DNA from: Hyalangium minutum
GTDB lineage: Bacteria; Myxococcota; Myxococcia; Myxococcales; Myxococcaceae
DNA: 64,000 nt
Direction of reading: 5' to 3'
Assembly: GCF_000737315.1 (NCBI RefSeq)
Contig: NZ_JMCB01000008.1
Location: 310,001 to 374,000, forward strand
The translations under genes and the position numbers were made by a program. The first letter of the stretch is position 1. Every line of letters starts with the position of its first letter. The notes beneath the pieces were generated by a model. The model ran no database searches. It saw nothing but the letters and a program-made list of their open reading frames with translations, and had not been told where the DNA came from. This document shows, one piece after another, positions 10,168 to 19,639 of the stretch.

Positions 10168-11499
10168 CTACCCTGTGCTGCCCGCCGCCGCAGCAGCCTC
10201 GTCGGCCGCCGCCAGCGCGGCGATGATCTCCCGCGCCTTCTCCACCTTCACGTGGCCCACCCTCACCAGCTCGTTGGCGATTCGCTCCACCAGGTCGCCT
10301 CGGGCCCCCGCCGTCACCGCCACGCACCGCGCGTGCAGCGCCATGTGGCCCTTCTGGATGCCCACGCTGCCCAGCGCCCGGAGCGCCGCGAAGTTCTGCG
10401 CCAGCCCCACCGCCGCGAACACCATGGACAGCTCGCGCGCCGAGCTCACCCGCATCAGCTTCAGCGCCACCTGCACGCCCGGGTGCACCTTGATGGGCCC
10501 GCCCACCGTGCCCAGCGCCAGCGGCAGCTCGATGCGCCCCACCAGGTGCCCCTCCTCCAGGTACCAGGTGGACAGCGGCCGGTACTGGCCCTCGCGGCAG
10601 GCGAACGCGTGCGCCCCCGCCTCGATGGCCCGCCAGTCCTGCCCCGTGGCAATGGCCACCGAGTCAATCCCGTTCATCACGCCCTTGTTGTGCGTGGCCG
10701 CCCGGTACGGGTCCGCCTCGGCGAACCGGCTCGCCTGGGCAATGCCCTCGGCGATGGCCTCGCCCGGCATCTCGAAGTCCGCCAGCAGCGGCACCGGAAT
10801 GCGGCACATGGCCCGCGCCAGCCGCCGATCCGCCAGGTTCGACAGAATCCGCAGGTACACCTTGCCGCCCGTCAGCTGCTCGATGAACGGGGCCACGCCC
10901 TCGGCCATGGTGTTGATGAGGTTGGCGCCCATGGCCTCCTGCGTGTCGATGACCAGGTGGACGATGAGCAACGGCTCGGCGCGCGGGCCCTCGGGGGCCG
11001 GCAGCACGCGGACCTCCACGTCCTTGGCACCACCGCCTCGGGCCACCATCGCCGGGTGGAAGCTGTTGGCCAGCGCGAGGATCCCCTCCTTGGCCGCCAG
11101 GATCTTGTCCGCGGCCTCCGTGGGATCGCCGAAGCGCGTCACCTGCACCTGCCCAATCATGATGGACGGGTCGGCCTCGGCCATGAAGCCACCGGACTCG
11201 CGGACGATCTTCGCGGCGAAGGACACCGCCGCCACCACCGAGGGCTCCTCCACGGCCATGGGGACGATGTAGTCGCGCCCATTCACCAGCATGTTGAGGC
11301 CGAGCCCCAGCGGCAGCGAGAAGGTGCCCACCGCGTTCTCGATCATCTGGTTGGCGAGCACGGGCTGGAGGGTGCCGACACCGCGCAGGTACTGCAGCTC
11401 GTCCTCGGCGAGGCGGAACATCTTGCCCAGCTGCGCAAGGCGCTCCTCCATGGGCAGTTTGTGGAACCCAGCGAGCCGGGACGTCACGGTGTCAGACAT
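10168..11499 (-). CDS. mvaA: Hydroxymethylglutaryl-CoA reductase, class II
   Basis: IENAVG, VPMAVEEPSVVAA, EAMGANLIN, THNKGVMNG, GIQKGHM. Confidence 0.95.
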   Translation of the reverse strand: MSDTVTSRLAGFHKLPMEERLAQLGKMFRLAEDELQYLRGVGTLQPVLANQMIENAVGTFSLPLGLGLNMLVNGRDYIVPMAVEEPSVVAAVSFAAKIVRESGGFMAEADPSIMIGQVQVTRFGDPTEAADKILAAKEGILALANSFHPAMVARGGGAKDVEVRVLPAPEGPRAEPLLIVHLVIDTQEAMGANLINTMAEGVAPFIEQLTGGKVYLRILSNLADRRLARAMCRIPVPLLADFEMPGEAIAEGIAQASRFAEADPYRAATHNKGVMNGIDSVAIATGQDWRAIEAGAHAFACREGQYRPLSTWYLEEGHLVGRIELPLALGTVGGPIKVHPGVQVALKLMRVSSARELSMVFAAVGLAQNFAALRALGSVGIQKGHMALHARCVAVTAGARGDLVERIANELVRVGHVKVEKAREIIAALAAADEAAAAAGSTG

Positions 11500-11542
11500 T
11501 TTGTTACCTTCTCCAACGCAGGGGCGTAGGGGGAATGCCCCT

Positions 11543-12601
11543 TTACAGGGCGGCGAGCCAATCCTTCAGCTCGCCCGTCATCACGACTGGCTTGCGCCGC
11601 AGCTCAGCGCAGCTCTTGCTACCCGTCAGAACGAGCGCCTGGCGCAGGCCCTCGATGATGACGCGCAGGGCCTGGTCCGCACCCTCCACGCCGCCCTCTT
11701 GCTGGGCGCGGAACAGCGGCAGGGCCGCGCCCGCCACGTCCGCGCCAATCGCCAGGGCCTTGGCCATCTCCAGGCCGGTGCGGAGGCCCCCCGAGGCCAC
11801 CAACCGCACTTCGGGGCCCACGGCCCGGCGAACAGCGGCCGTGGCGGCGGCAGTAGGAATGCCCCAGCTCGAATACTCGGCGCCCAGCTGAGCCAGCATT
11901 CCCGTGGCGCGCAGCTGCTCCACGCGTACCCACGAGGTACCGCCCAGTCCGGAGACGTCGATGTTGCGCACGCCCAGCTCCACCAGCCGGCGCGCCACCT
12001 CCGGGCCGATGCCGCACCCGGTCTCCTTCACCAACAGCCGGTCCCCGAAGGCCTTCACCAGCGCCTCCACCACGGGGTATCCGCCTCGGAAGTCACGATC
12101 ACCCTCGGGCTGGGTGAGCTCCTGTCCGGCGTTCAGGTGCAGCGCCATCGCGTCCGCGCCAATCGCGTCCGCCAGCCGCCGCACCCCGTCCACGCCCATC
12201 TGCACCGCCTGGTAGAGCCCGATGTTGCCCAGGAGGGCCACCGTGGGCGCCACGTCCCTCACCTGATACGAGGCCGCGCGAGCCGCGGACTCGGCCATGG
12301 CGCGCTGGCTACCGACTCCAAAGGCCACCCCATGGCGCTCGGCCACGAGGGCCAAATCCCGGTTCACCTTGCCCGCCCGCTCGGTGCCACCCGTCATGCC
12401 GGTGATGAGCACCGGCGCGCGCAAGCGCTTGCCCAGGAAAGGGGTGGAAAGATCCACATCCTCGACGGCCATCTCGGGCATCGCGCAGTGAACCAGGCGC
12501 ACGCACTCGAACAGGGTGCTGTTCTGTACGGGCTGGACTTCTTCCTTGGCGCACAAATCGAGGTGGGCGTCCTTGCGGCTTCCTGTGATCTCGTCGCCCA
12601 T
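11543..12601 (-). CDS. fni: Type 2 (FMN-dependent) isopentenyl-diphosphate isomerase
   Basis: RKDAHLDL, MTGG, GVGSQR, HLNAGQE, VKETGCG, GGTSW, ASGGLR. Confidence 0.95.
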   Translation of the reverse strand: MGDEITGSRKDAHLDLCAKEEVQPVQNSTLFECVRLVHCAMPEMAVEDVDLSTPFLGKRLRAPVLITGMTGGTERAGKVNRDLALVAERHGVAFGVGSQRAMAESAARAASYQVRDVAPTVALLGNIGLYQAVQMGVDGVRRLADAIGADAMALHLNAGQELTQPEGDRDFRGGYPVVEALVKAFGDRLLVKETGCGIGPEVARRLVELGVRNIDVSGLGGTSWVRVEQLRATGMLAQLGAEYSSWGIPTAAATAAVRRAVGPEVRLVASGGLRTGLEMAKALAIGADVAGAALPLFRAQQEGGVEGADQALRVIIEGLRQALVLTGSKSCAELRRKPVVMTGELKDWLAAL

Positions 12602-12763
12602 CGAACCGAAGCCCTCACATCAGCCGCGTGTGCGGCTAAGTGCCTGAAGGTTGAGTGGATTTTCTAGCAAGCAGGAGCGGGGTGGCGCAAGGCAAGCGGG
12701 GGTGGGCTGTCGACGGATCCGCTTGAATGGACGTCCCCGGCCCCTGAGCGGTAAGCAGTACCT

Positions 12764-13174
12764 GTGAGCCCAGCGCCGTCAAAGGTAGTCATTTTCCTAC
12801 ACAGCGGAGACTACGATCGCGTCCACCAGGGCCTTTCCATCGCGGCTGCGGCGGTGGCCATGGGGCGCCCGGCAGAGGTGTACCTCTTCTGGTGGGCCCT
12901 GGAGCGGTTCCTCCAGGATCGGCTGGACGAGCCGGACTTCCAGCCGCCGCGAGAGGACGTGACGGATCGCTTCGAGACACGCGGCATGCCCACGCTGCGC
13001 GCCCTGCGCGAGCACCTGCGTGAATCGGGGCTGTGTACAGTACAGGGCTGCACGGGCTCACTCGCGGCGCTCGGGGGCGAGCCGGTAGCAGACAAGCAGG
13101 CGATCGATGGCTGGGTAGGCTGGACAGCGATCCTTCAGAGGACCGCTGGCATCGTCGACCGCTTCTACCTCTGA
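12764..13174 (+). CDS. DsrE/DsrF-like family protein
   Basis: VIFLHSGDYDR...AAAAVAMGRPAEVYLFWWAL...GCTGS pattern. Confidence 0.6.
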   Translation: MSPAPSKVVIFLHSGDYDRVHQGLSIAAAAVAMGRPAEVYLFWWALERFLQDRLDEPDFQPPREDVTDRFETRGMPTLRALREHLRESGLCTVQGCTGSLAALGGEPVADKQAIDGWVGWTAILQRTAGIVDRFYL

Positions 13175-13189
13175 ACAGGGCTGTTTGCA

Positions 13190-13217
13190 TTGACGGCCCC
13201 CCGTGTCTGTTTACGTT
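13190..13217 (+). promoter_or_regulatory. Possible sigma70-type promoter for htpX
   Basis: TTGACG-N16-TACGTT, about 35 nt upstream of the ATG. Confidence 0.3.
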
Positions 13218-13250
13218 CCTGGAGACCAGAAGGGAGCGGAACGACACACC

Positions 13251-14201
13251 ATGAGCTACTCCAGCAGTACTTTTGACACGGCCCCTCGCGGGGGAGCGCC
13301 ACTGCGAGGAAGCGGTTGGCACCGTCTGGGCAATGCGCTCAAGACGACCGTGCTGCTGGCCGGACTCACGGCGCTCGTGTTGCTGATCGGCCAGAAGCTC
13401 GGCGGCCCTCGCGGGCTGGCCATGGCGGGCTTCTTCGTCGTGGTGATGAACTTCGTCTCGTACTGGTTCAGCGACAAGATCGCGCTGGCCATGCACGGGG
13501 CGCAGCCGCTGGCGCGGGAGCAGGCGCCCTGGCTCCACGAGATGGTGGAGGAGCTGGCCACGCGCGCGAAGATGCCCAAGCCGAAGATCTACATGCTGCC
13601 CACCCGAGCGCCCAACGCGTTCGCCACGGGCCGCAGCCCCAAGCACGCCGCGGTGGCGGTGACGGCAGGCATCATGGAGATCCTCGATCGCCGGGAGCTG
13701 CGGGGCGTGCTGGCGCACGAGCTGGCCCACGTGGCCAACCGGGACACGCTGATCGGCACGGTGGCCGCCACGCTCGCGGGCGTCATCAGCTACGCGGCGC
13801 AGATGCTGTTCTGGTTCGGCGGCTCCATGCTGAGCCGGAGCGATGACGACGAGGGCGGTGGCCTGGCCGGTGCGATGTCCAGCCTGGGCCTGCTGCTGGT
13901 GGCGCCGATTGCCGCCACGCTGCTGCAGTTGGCGGTGAGCCGCTCGCGCGAGTACGGCGCGGACGCCACGGGCGCGGAGCTGTCCGGAGACCCGGAGGCG
14001 CTGGCCAGCGCGTTGATGAAGCTGGAGCGGGGCGCGGAGCTGATGCCGTACGATCGGGCGCCGGCCACCTCGCACCTCTTCATCGTCAACCCGCTGTCCG
14101 GCCGCGCGGTGATGGCGCTGTTCTCCACGCACCCGCCCATCCCCGAGCGCGTGCGGCGCCTGCGTGAGATGGGCGGCCGCTCCTGGCAGCGCGGCTGGTA
14201 G
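13251..14201 (+). CDS. htpX: Zinc metalloprotease HtpX (M48)
   Basis: PNAFATG, GVLAHELAH, SRSREYGAD, LFSTHPP. Confidence 0.92.
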   Translation: MSYSSSTFDTAPRGGAPLRGSGWHRLGNALKTTVLLAGLTALVLLIGQKLGGPRGLAMAGFFVVVMNFVSYWFSDKIALAMHGAQPLAREQAPWLHEMVEELATRAKMPKPKIYMLPTRAPNAFATGRSPKHAAVAVTAGIMEILDRRELRGVLAHELAHVANRDTLIGTVAATLAGVISYAAQMLFWFGGSMLSRSDDDEGGGLAGAMSSLGLLLVAPIAATLLQLAVSRSREYGADATGAELSGDPEALASALMKLERGAELMPYDRAPATSHLFIVNPLSGRAVMALFSTHPPIPERVRRLREMGGRSWQRGW

Positions 14202-14210
14202 CGGTGAGCG

Positions 14211-15083
14211 TTACCCCGCGGCCTGGATGGGCTCGCTCTGAGCCTCCGAGGCCGCGGGCAGTGCGTCGAACCTCTCGAACGGGTTCTCCAGCATCTCGCG
14301 CAGCGTGTTGGCGAGGACGCCCGCGTGGAACCCGTCGATGAAGCGGTGGTCGAAGGACGCGTTGATGTTCATCACCTTCCCCGGCACCACCTTCCCATCC
14401 TCCACCACGGGCGCATCCTTCACCGCGCCGGGCGCCACGAAGATGGGCACGCGCGTATAGGGCACCAGCGGCACGTATGCCGTGTCGAGCCCCAGCGAGC
14501 CCACGTTCGTGATGATGATCGAGCCGAACGCGTCCTTCGGCATGCCGATCCCGCTCAGGTCCAGGTTCAGCGTGTACATCAGGAAGCCGATCAGCCACGT
14601 GAAGAGGTTGAGGAACATGTAGGGGATCTTCTGGATGGTCCCCTTGCCCTTCTCCAGCGCCACGTCCCGGCGCTCGCGCACCCGGCGCACCGCTTCGTCC
14701 ATCTCCTGGGCAATCTCGCGCAGGCTCTTCTTGTCCGCGTCGTCGATCTTCGCCGAGGTGAGATCCACCTTCCCGGCGTCCGTCTGCACCACCAGCGCGG
14801 AGATCGTCACCTGCTTGCGCAGGTAGATCTTGTTGAAGCGCAGGATGGCGTTGGCCTCGGGGCAGCGGCGCAGCGCCTCGCCCATGGCCTTGGTCATCAG
14901 GTGCGTCACCGTGAGGCGCTGTCCCGTGCGCTGACGGAAGGCCTCGATGTACGCCAGGGCCTTGTCCATGCGCACCGTCAGGGTGCCGTAGACCGTGGGA
15001 TCATAGGTCGTCTTCCAGCTGCCAATGGCCAGCTTGCGGAAGCTCGAGATGTCGGTCTTCGGAGTCAGCTCCAGATGCGGCAT
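14211..15083 (-). CDS. 2-oxo-acid dehydrogenase E2-type acyltransferase, catalytic domain only
   Basis: ITNVGSLG and SFDHRFIDG catalytic motif. No lipoyl domain upstream of the ATG at 15083. Confidence 0.85.
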   Translation of the reverse strand: MPHLELTPKTDISSFRKLAIGSWKTTYDPTVYGTLTVRMDKALAYIEAFRQRTGQRLTVTHLMTKAMGEALRRCPEANAILRFNKIYLRKQVTISALVVQTDAGKVDLTSAKIDDADKKSLREIAQEMDEAVRRVRERRDVALEKGKGTIQKIPYMFLNLFTWLIGFLMYTLNLDLSGIGMPKDAFGSIIITNVGSLGLDTAYVPLVPYTRVPIFVAPGAVKDAPVVEDGKVVPGKVMNINASFDHRFIDGFHAGVLANTLREMLENPFERFDALPAASEAQSEPIQAAG

Positions 15084-15290
15084 GTCGCGGTGCCCTCGTG
15101 GCGCGGTACGGAGTCCCCCAGCATCGCCAGTTTCAGGGGGCACAGGAAGCCCCGGGCTCTCGGAGCACCGCGTCACGCCACGCCCCTGTCCGCTCGGGCA
15201 CGGCGGCGCCCGGCCCCCTGCTCCCCGCTTTCAAGACGTGCGCACAGGTATTGACGCGCCGGGCCCTTAAGTTAGGGTGCGGCGCTTTTT

Positions 15291-16412
15291 TTGCAGACCC
15301 TCGTGGAGGTCGTACCCGTGCTGGTTGCCCTAATCCTCGTATCCATCGGCTTTGCCGTGACGCTCGGCATGCTGCTCTTCGGCTCGAACCGGGCCGCCAT
15401 CCCTGCTCCCACTTCCAACAACAACGTGAGGGGAGAGCTGGAGGACCCGTCCAAGGCTCGCGCCCGCTTCGAGTCCGAGCTGGCCCGCAAGCAGAAGGAG
15501 CTCGACGAGCAGCGCAACCAGCTCCAGGAAGTGAAGGAGCAGCTGAAGCAGACCAAGCGCAAGCTGTTCGATCAGAAGGAAGGCGAGAAGGGCGAGCGCG
15601 ATCTGATCAAGGCCCGCGTGGACACGGAGCGCCAGGCCTCCGTGCAGCTGGAGACGGTGCGCGTGGATCTGGCCCAGGCGCTCGCGGAGATCGAGCGGCT
15701 GCGCAGCGAGCAGGGGGGTGGCGCTCGGGGCCGTCGGGCTCCGGCGGCGGCGGCTCCGGCTCAGCCCGCGGCTCCGGCGGCAGTGGCTCCGGCGGCGGCC
15801 GAAGCTTCGGTTCCGGCGGGGCAGATCTCCGCTCCGGCGCAGGAGGGTGAGCGCGTGGTGACGGCGGCGGTGCAGGTGACGCCGGTTGCCGAGCCCGCCC
15901 CGGAGAAGGCCCCGCGCCGCTACCGCGAGCTGAACGACGCGGACCGCGAGAAAATGGAGCGGCTGGAGCACAGCGCGAACAAGGAGCGCAGCCGTGCCAC
16001 GGAGATGGAGCGCGAGCTCCGCAAGGTGAAGGGCGCCCGTGAGACCCAGCAGCGCATCTACAACGCCGTGAAGTCCGAGCTGGACCTGGTGAAGGACAAG
16101 TACAAGGCGCTCGAGAAGCGCATGAACCGGACGCTCCTGGAGCGCGACCTGGTCCGCCGCGCCATCAAGGACCTGGAGAAGAAGACGGGCATGCTGGCCG
16201 ACCGGACCGAGCTGACGCCGGACGAGGTGGCCGCGAGCGACCAGCGCATCGAGGACGCAGCGAAGGAGCGTGCCGCGGTCGAGGCGCAGCGTGCCGCCGC
16301 GCAGGCCCAGGCCGAGGCAGAGGCCACGAAGGCCGCCGAGGCCGCCGCTCCTGCCGCTGAGTCCCCTGCCCCCACGTCCGAGTCCGACAAGTCCGCCACG
16401 CCGAGCGCCTGA
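15291..16412 (+). CDS. Membrane-anchored coiled-coil hypothetical protein
   Basis: N-terminal TM, two long heptad-rich segments and an Ala/Pro linker. TTGACG-N16-TAGGGT lies upstream at 15251-15278. Confidence 0.7.
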   Translation: MQTLVEVVPVLVALILVSIGFAVTLGMLLFGSNRAAIPAPTSNNNVRGELEDPSKARARFESELARKQKELDEQRNQLQEVKEQLKQTKRKLFDQKEGEKGERDLIKARVDTERQASVQLETVRVDLAQALAEIERLRSEQGGGARGRRAPAAAAPAQPAAPAAVAPAAAEASVPAGQISAPAQEGERVVTAAVQVTPVAEPAPEKAPRRYRELNDADREKMERLEHSANKERSRATEMERELRKVKGARETQQRIYNAVKSELDLVKDKYKALEKRMNRTLLERDLVRRAIKDLEKKTGMLADRTELTPDEVAASDQRIEDAAKERAAVEAQRAAAQAQAEAEATKAAEAAAPAAESPAPTSESDKSATPSA

Positions 16413-16434
16413 GCTCGAACCAGCGGGTAGTCCC

Positions 16435-16474
16435 AGGCCCCTCCTCCCGTTCGGGACGAGGGGCCTTCCTTTTT
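16435..16474 (+). terminator. Intrinsic terminator (probably bidirectional)
   Basis: GGCCCCTC-C-TCCC(GTTC)GGGA-C-GAGGGGCC hairpin followed by a T-rich tract, between convergent genes. Confidence 0.7.
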
Positions 16475-18021
16475 CAGTCCCTGGGCACGGGCATGAAGAG
16501 GTAGGTGCCCGAGGCCGGCCGCGTGCCCCGTCCGTCATTGTCCACGCCACCGGAGACGAGCACCGAGCCATCCGGCAATGGAGTGCAGGTGTGCAGGTAG
16601 CGAGCGGGCTGAACGGGCAGCATCCCGAGCACGCCTCCTGTCAGCCCATCGGTAGGGGTGATCAGCTCCACGGACCCGCTGCTCGCGAGCAGCCCGTCCC
16701 CATTCTGCCGCCGCCCTCCCACCGTGAGCACCCGGCCGCCCGGCAGGGCCACCGCGCAGAGCTCACCCCGGCCCACGATGGTCGGGCCTTGAGAGATCGT
16801 CGGCGCATCGCTCTGGAGATCGAGCAGCTCCGAGGCGCCCACGGGCCGGGCGCTGTCGTCCGGAGTCCCCGCGCTGGAGTAGCCCCCCACCACGAGCAGC
16901 CGCTTCCCATCGCCGTAGGGCGTGGTGACCGCATCCCGCCGGCCCTGCCGCAACATCACCGTGATGTTGCCGGGAACGAAGGTGACGCCATTGAAGGAGA
17001 ACGTCAGCACGTCCCGGGAGACCTCGGACCCATCCGAGCCGCCGACGACGGCGATGCGCTGGGACTCCTGGAACGGAATCAGGCTCGCGCCCATTCGAGG
17101 CACGGCGATGGGCACGGGAAAGGTCCGTCCCGCCGCGGGCTCGACGCCCTCGGGATCCGCGAGGAGCAAGCTGTCGGCGCCGATTCCGCCCACCGTGAGA
17201 ATGCGGCCCGCGATGTCGATGGCCGCCGCATGGCGCGAGCGCGCCCTCCCGAGGTTGAACTGCTGGACCCGCTCCGTGGCCGGATCGAACACCACCCCCG
17301 TCCCCAGGATCGTGAGGTGCCCGTCCAGCGGATCCACCGTCTCCCCACCCACCAGCGCCACCCGCCCATCCAGCATCAACGAGGCGGTGTGGAGCGCCCG
17401 CCGCACCGAGCCCAGGCCGCCGGGATCCGGCAGGTAGGTGATCTTGCGCTCCCTCGGGTCGAGGATCTCGATCGACTGGAGCGTCTCCGGCTGCCCGGTG
17501 TCCGTCACCCGGAAGCCACCGGCCAGCACCACCCGGCCATCCGGCAGGAGCGTGGCGGTGTGCCCAGCCCTCGGCTCGGTGAGCTCCAGGCAGGTGCCCG
17601 GCGAGTCCGCGCGCTCCAGCGGAACGAAGGTGTTCACCCGGTAGAGGGTGACGCGGACCGGCTCGGTGGGGGCGCCCACCGCCGGCATGGTGAACGGGTA
17701 CGAGCGGCCCACGGAGATCACCGAGCCGGCGCTGCTGGGCTCCCCCGAGTAGGCACGCACCTCGAGCACCCGCTGGGCCCCGGGAGGAATCTCGGGAACG
17801 TCCTCGGGCCGGAGGTCCACGGGGGTGATGCGCTCGATGGGGGTGGCCAGTCCCTCTCCGGTGACGCGGAGGCGCAGGTGGGTCACCCCATCGAGGGGCT
17901 GGAGGCCTTCACAGGCGGTGGTGAGGAGCTGGACCTGGGGCGCGAAGCCGGACTCGCCGCAAGCGGGAGCGATGGCCAGGAGGGCGGCCAGGGGGGCATG
18001 TCGGAGGAGGCGAGGCCACAT
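16474..18021 (-). CDS. Kelch-repeat lipoprotein
   Basis: Lipobox IAPAC. Repeats RAGHTATLLPDGRVVLAGG, RYLHTCTPLPDGSVLVSGG. Confidence 0.85.
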   Translation of the reverse strand: MWPRLLRHAPLAALLAIAPACGESGFAPQVQLLTTACEGLQPLDGVTHLRLRVTGEGLATPIERITPVDLRPEDVPEIPPGAQRVLEVRAYSGEPSSAGSVISVGRSYPFTMPAVGAPTEPVRVTLYRVNTFVPLERADSPGTCLELTEPRAGHTATLLPDGRVVLAGGFRVTDTGQPETLQSIEILDPRERKITYLPDPGGLGSVRRALHTASLMLDGRVALVGGETVDPLDGHLTILGTGVVFDPATERVQQFNLGRARSRHAAAIDIAGRILTVGGIGADSLLLADPEGVEPAAGRTFPVPIAVPRMGASLIPFQESQRIAVVGGSDGSEVSRDVLTFSFNGVTFVPGNITVMLRQGRRDAVTTPYGDGKRLLVVGGYSSAGTPDDSARPVGASELLDLQSDAPTISQGPTIVGRGELCAVALPGGRVLTVGGRRQNGDGLLASSGSVELITPTDGLTGGVLGMLPVQPARYLHTCTPLPDGSVLVSGGVDNDGRGTRPASGTYLFMPVPRD

Positions 18022-18103
18022 TCGGCGCAACGGTATCAGCTTGCGCTCGGGGCGGCGCGAGCGTAGCGATGGGGCTGGGGCCCTTGGGCCCGCACTCCCG
18101 GTC

Positions 18104-19639
18104 ATGAAGCTCTCGCTCGCCACGCGCATCTTCCTGGGTTACGCCGTGGTGCTCGTCACCTTCGGAGCGGTGTCGCTCTTCAGCGTGGCGGAGCTGCACC
18201 GCAACCAGCAGGAGATCCGGCTCGTCAGCCAGGGCTACCTGCGGCTCTCGCAGGACGCGGCGGCGCTGGAGACCGCCTATACCAACCAGGTCAAGGACAC
18301 CGAGCGGCTCCTGGACGAGCAGAACCCGGAGACGCGGCGCACCCTCATCCGGCTGTCGCGCCTCTACATCCCGGCGATGTCCCAGCGCCTGGCCAACACA
18401 CGGGTCACGGCGCAGGAGATCCTCACCTACGCCCCTGCCAGTGAGCTGTCCGTCATCCAGGACATGGAGGCCGACATCGGCAAGCTGGAGGTGCAGTACG
18501 ACACCTATGGGCGCACGGTGGATGCCGTCTTCACGGTACTGACGTCGAACACGCTGAACCGGGAGCAGGTGAGCGCGTCCACGGCCGAGCTGCGTCAGGT
18601 GGAGGCCACCATTGGCCGGGAGCTGCGCGCACTGAGGGCCCGGCTGGACAATCGCATCCGCGAGCGGGTGGACCGGGCCGAGGAGCGCGAGCGGCGCACG
18701 GGGCTGGCCATCATCACGCTCTCGCTGCTGGCGGTGGGCGTGGGGCTCGGCGCCACCCTGCTGTCGGCGCGCACGCTGCGGCCGGTGCGCACGCTGATTG
18801 AAGGCGTGTCTCGCATCGGCAAGGGCGACTACACCGCACAACTGGGCGTACAGGGCGAGGACGAGGTGGCGGTGCTGGCCAGGGAGTTCGACGCGATGGC
18901 CCGCTCGCTCCAGGCGCGCGAGTCCCAGCTCAAGGCCCAGGCCGAGGCGCTCGCCCGCGCCGAGCAGCTGGCAGCGGTGGGCCGCATCTCCGCGCAGATC
19001 GCCCACGAGGTGCGCAACCCGCTGTCCTCCATCGGCCTCAACGTGGAGATGCTGGGAGACGCGCTGGACCGCGCCACCTTCCCGGAACAGGACGGGCGCG
19101 AGGCCAAGGAGCTGCTGACTGCGGTGACGCGCGAGGTGGATCGGCTCACGGACGTGACCGAGCAGTACCTTCGCATGGCGCGCCCGCCCAAGCCCACGCT
19201 GGTGGCCGAGGACGTGATGGAGGTGCTCGGCGGTGTGCTGGACTTCTCGCGCGGCGAGCTCGAGCGCGCGGGGGTGGACGTGGTGCGCGACTTCGCCCCG
19301 GACACACCGCCCGTGCTCGCGGACGAGGGCCAGCTGCGCCAGGTGCTCTTGAACCTGGTGCGCAACAGCCGCGAGGCCATGCCGGACGGCGGGCGGCTCA
19401 CGGTGTCCACGCGGGGGATGGAGAAGGAAGTGGAGATCACCGTCCAGGACACCGGCCGGGGGATGACGGAGGCGGTGCGTGAGCGCCTCTTCGAGCCCTT
19501 CTTCTCCACCAAGGAGGGCGGCACGGGCCTGGGGCTGTCCGTCAGCCAGCAGATACTCCAGGCCCACGGGGGCACGCTGGCCTGCCAGAGTTCCTCCGGC
19601 CAGGGGACGACCTTCGTGTTAAGGCTCCCTCGCGCATGA
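18104..19639 (+). CDS. HAMP-domain sensor histidine kinase
   Basis: Two TMs and a HAMP domain. AHEVRNPL H-box, NLVRNS, DTGRG, FFSTKEGGTGLGL. Confidence 0.93.
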   Translation: MKLSLATRIFLGYAVVLVTFGAVSLFSVAELHRNQQEIRLVSQGYLRLSQDAAALETAYTNQVKDTERLLDEQNPETRRTLIRLSRLYIPAMSQRLANTRVTAQEILTYAPASELSVIQDMEADIGKLEVQYDTYGRTVDAVFTVLTSNTLNREQVSASTAELRQVEATIGRELRALRARLDNRIRERVDRAEERERRTGLAIITLSLLAVGVGLGATLLSARTLRPVRTLIEGVSRIGKGDYTAQLGVQGEDEVAVLAREFDAMARSLQARESQLKAQAEALARAEQLAAVGRISAQIAHEVRNPLSSIGLNVEMLGDALDRATFPEQDGREAKELLTAVTREVDRLTDVTEQYLRMARPPKPTLVAEDVMEVLGGVLDFSRGELERAGVDVVRDFAPDTPPVLADEGQLRQVLLNLVRNSREAMPDGGRLTVSTRGMEKEVEITVQDTGRGMTEAVRERLFEPFFSTKEGGTGLGLSVSQQILQAHGGTLACQSSSGQGTTFVLRLPRA

